A DNA stretch of 64,000 nt from Balamuthia mandrillaris (lineage: Eukaryota): positions 62,001 through 126,000 of the forward strand of contig JAVKOQ020000093.1 of the NCBI GenBank assembly GCA_031835245.2. Reading direction: 5' to 3'. Positions 63,354 through 64,000 of the stretch are shown in pieces. Both the position numbers and the translations under genes were made by a program. How positions within the stretch are numbered: the stretch's first letter is position 1; each line of letters starts with the position of its first letter. The notes beneath the pieces were generated by a model that saw only the letters and a program-made list of their open reading frames with translations, searched no databases and was not told the DNA's origin.

Positions 63354-64000
63354 AAAAATTGGATTTCAAAGAGATAACACCGTGTTAAAAGGCTCAAACA
63401 AACTATTGGACAATATGATGAATTTGTTGGATAACGAACCTTCTTTTTTGGCCTCATTTCTGTTGGACTCCATTCGTTGCCTTCGCCTTCCCTATGCTGC
63501 CCGTTCTGCCATCGGCACTGTATTGCAATCCTTTCGCATGGAAGATTTAGTGTACTTTAAATCTCTCTCTCTCTCTCTCTCTGTCTTTGTTATTCTTATT
63601 GGGCGCCGTACTATAGATATGCAGTATTACTCGCCGATGGTCAACTTGTAAGCCTTGTGTGCCTTAAGAAACACGTACTTCATCCTCATGGTTGTAACTC
63701 TCTTCTCGTTTCTTCAACTTTTGGTCAAACAGCCATAAGCTCACTTTGTCTTTTTTTTAAAAATTCGAATAGACTTTCATCTTATTCTCAACTTTATCAA
63801 TTCTTCGCCTTCAATTTATGCCAACGGGGCGTCCACGGTGCCCATCTGCCTTCCCAAATTCAACGATCGGGGTTACCTCCACTCCTACGTATGTTACCTG
63901 GTAAAAGGCGTGCGCTTGCTTTTGATTGCCACCAAAGCAGGCAACCTTGAGCATGGTATCTTTATTCTCGCTTTTTCTCTTATTCTCTTGTTTGTAACGT
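61889..64000 (+). CDS. MON1: Vacuolar fusion protein MON1 (Rab7 GEF subunit), 3'-truncated by the window edge
   Basis: KHIFIMSSAGKPVYSR|YGDE, GPLYLVAVS, QLEYIHSQIISSLT, PICLPKFNDRGYLHSYV. Confidence 0.93.

Overview
Eukaryotic, gene-dense, intron-rich genomic DNA. The short GT-AG introns packed with CT/TTC/GAAA microsatellites, the Ser-rich low-complexity proteins and the gene repertoire suggest a free-living amoebozoan protist (Balamuthia/Acanthamoeba-like; this is inference, not proven). I can support about 20 protein-coding genes: three paralogues of an uncharacterised multi-pass membrane protein, an SDR, an intronless 2126-aa coiled-coil protein, an SVOP-like MFS transporter, a Golgi-type sulfotransferase, a Kelch/Cys-rich receptor kinase with tyrosine-kinase-type motifs, CAND1, a BAR-PH-inositol 5-phosphatase-C2 protein, a TetX-like flavin monooxygenase, a BSD-TBC-TLDc protein, a PH-patatin phospholipase, a GATA factor, a secreted propeller-like protein, a secreted Cys-based phosphatase, a VPS9 GEF, a BolA2-like gene missed by the ORF track, an F-box/WD40 protein and MON1 (runs off the end). 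There is also a degenerate tandem-BTB pseudogene. I found no rRNA, tRNA, CRISPR array or recognisable transposon. Best leads: the BAR/5-phosphatase fusion, the non-RD receptor kinase, two bacterial-looking genes, a clustered palindromic TGTCGACA motif in intergenic promoters, and frequent AAG splice acceptors. All domain calls are by eye from motifs; no searches were run.
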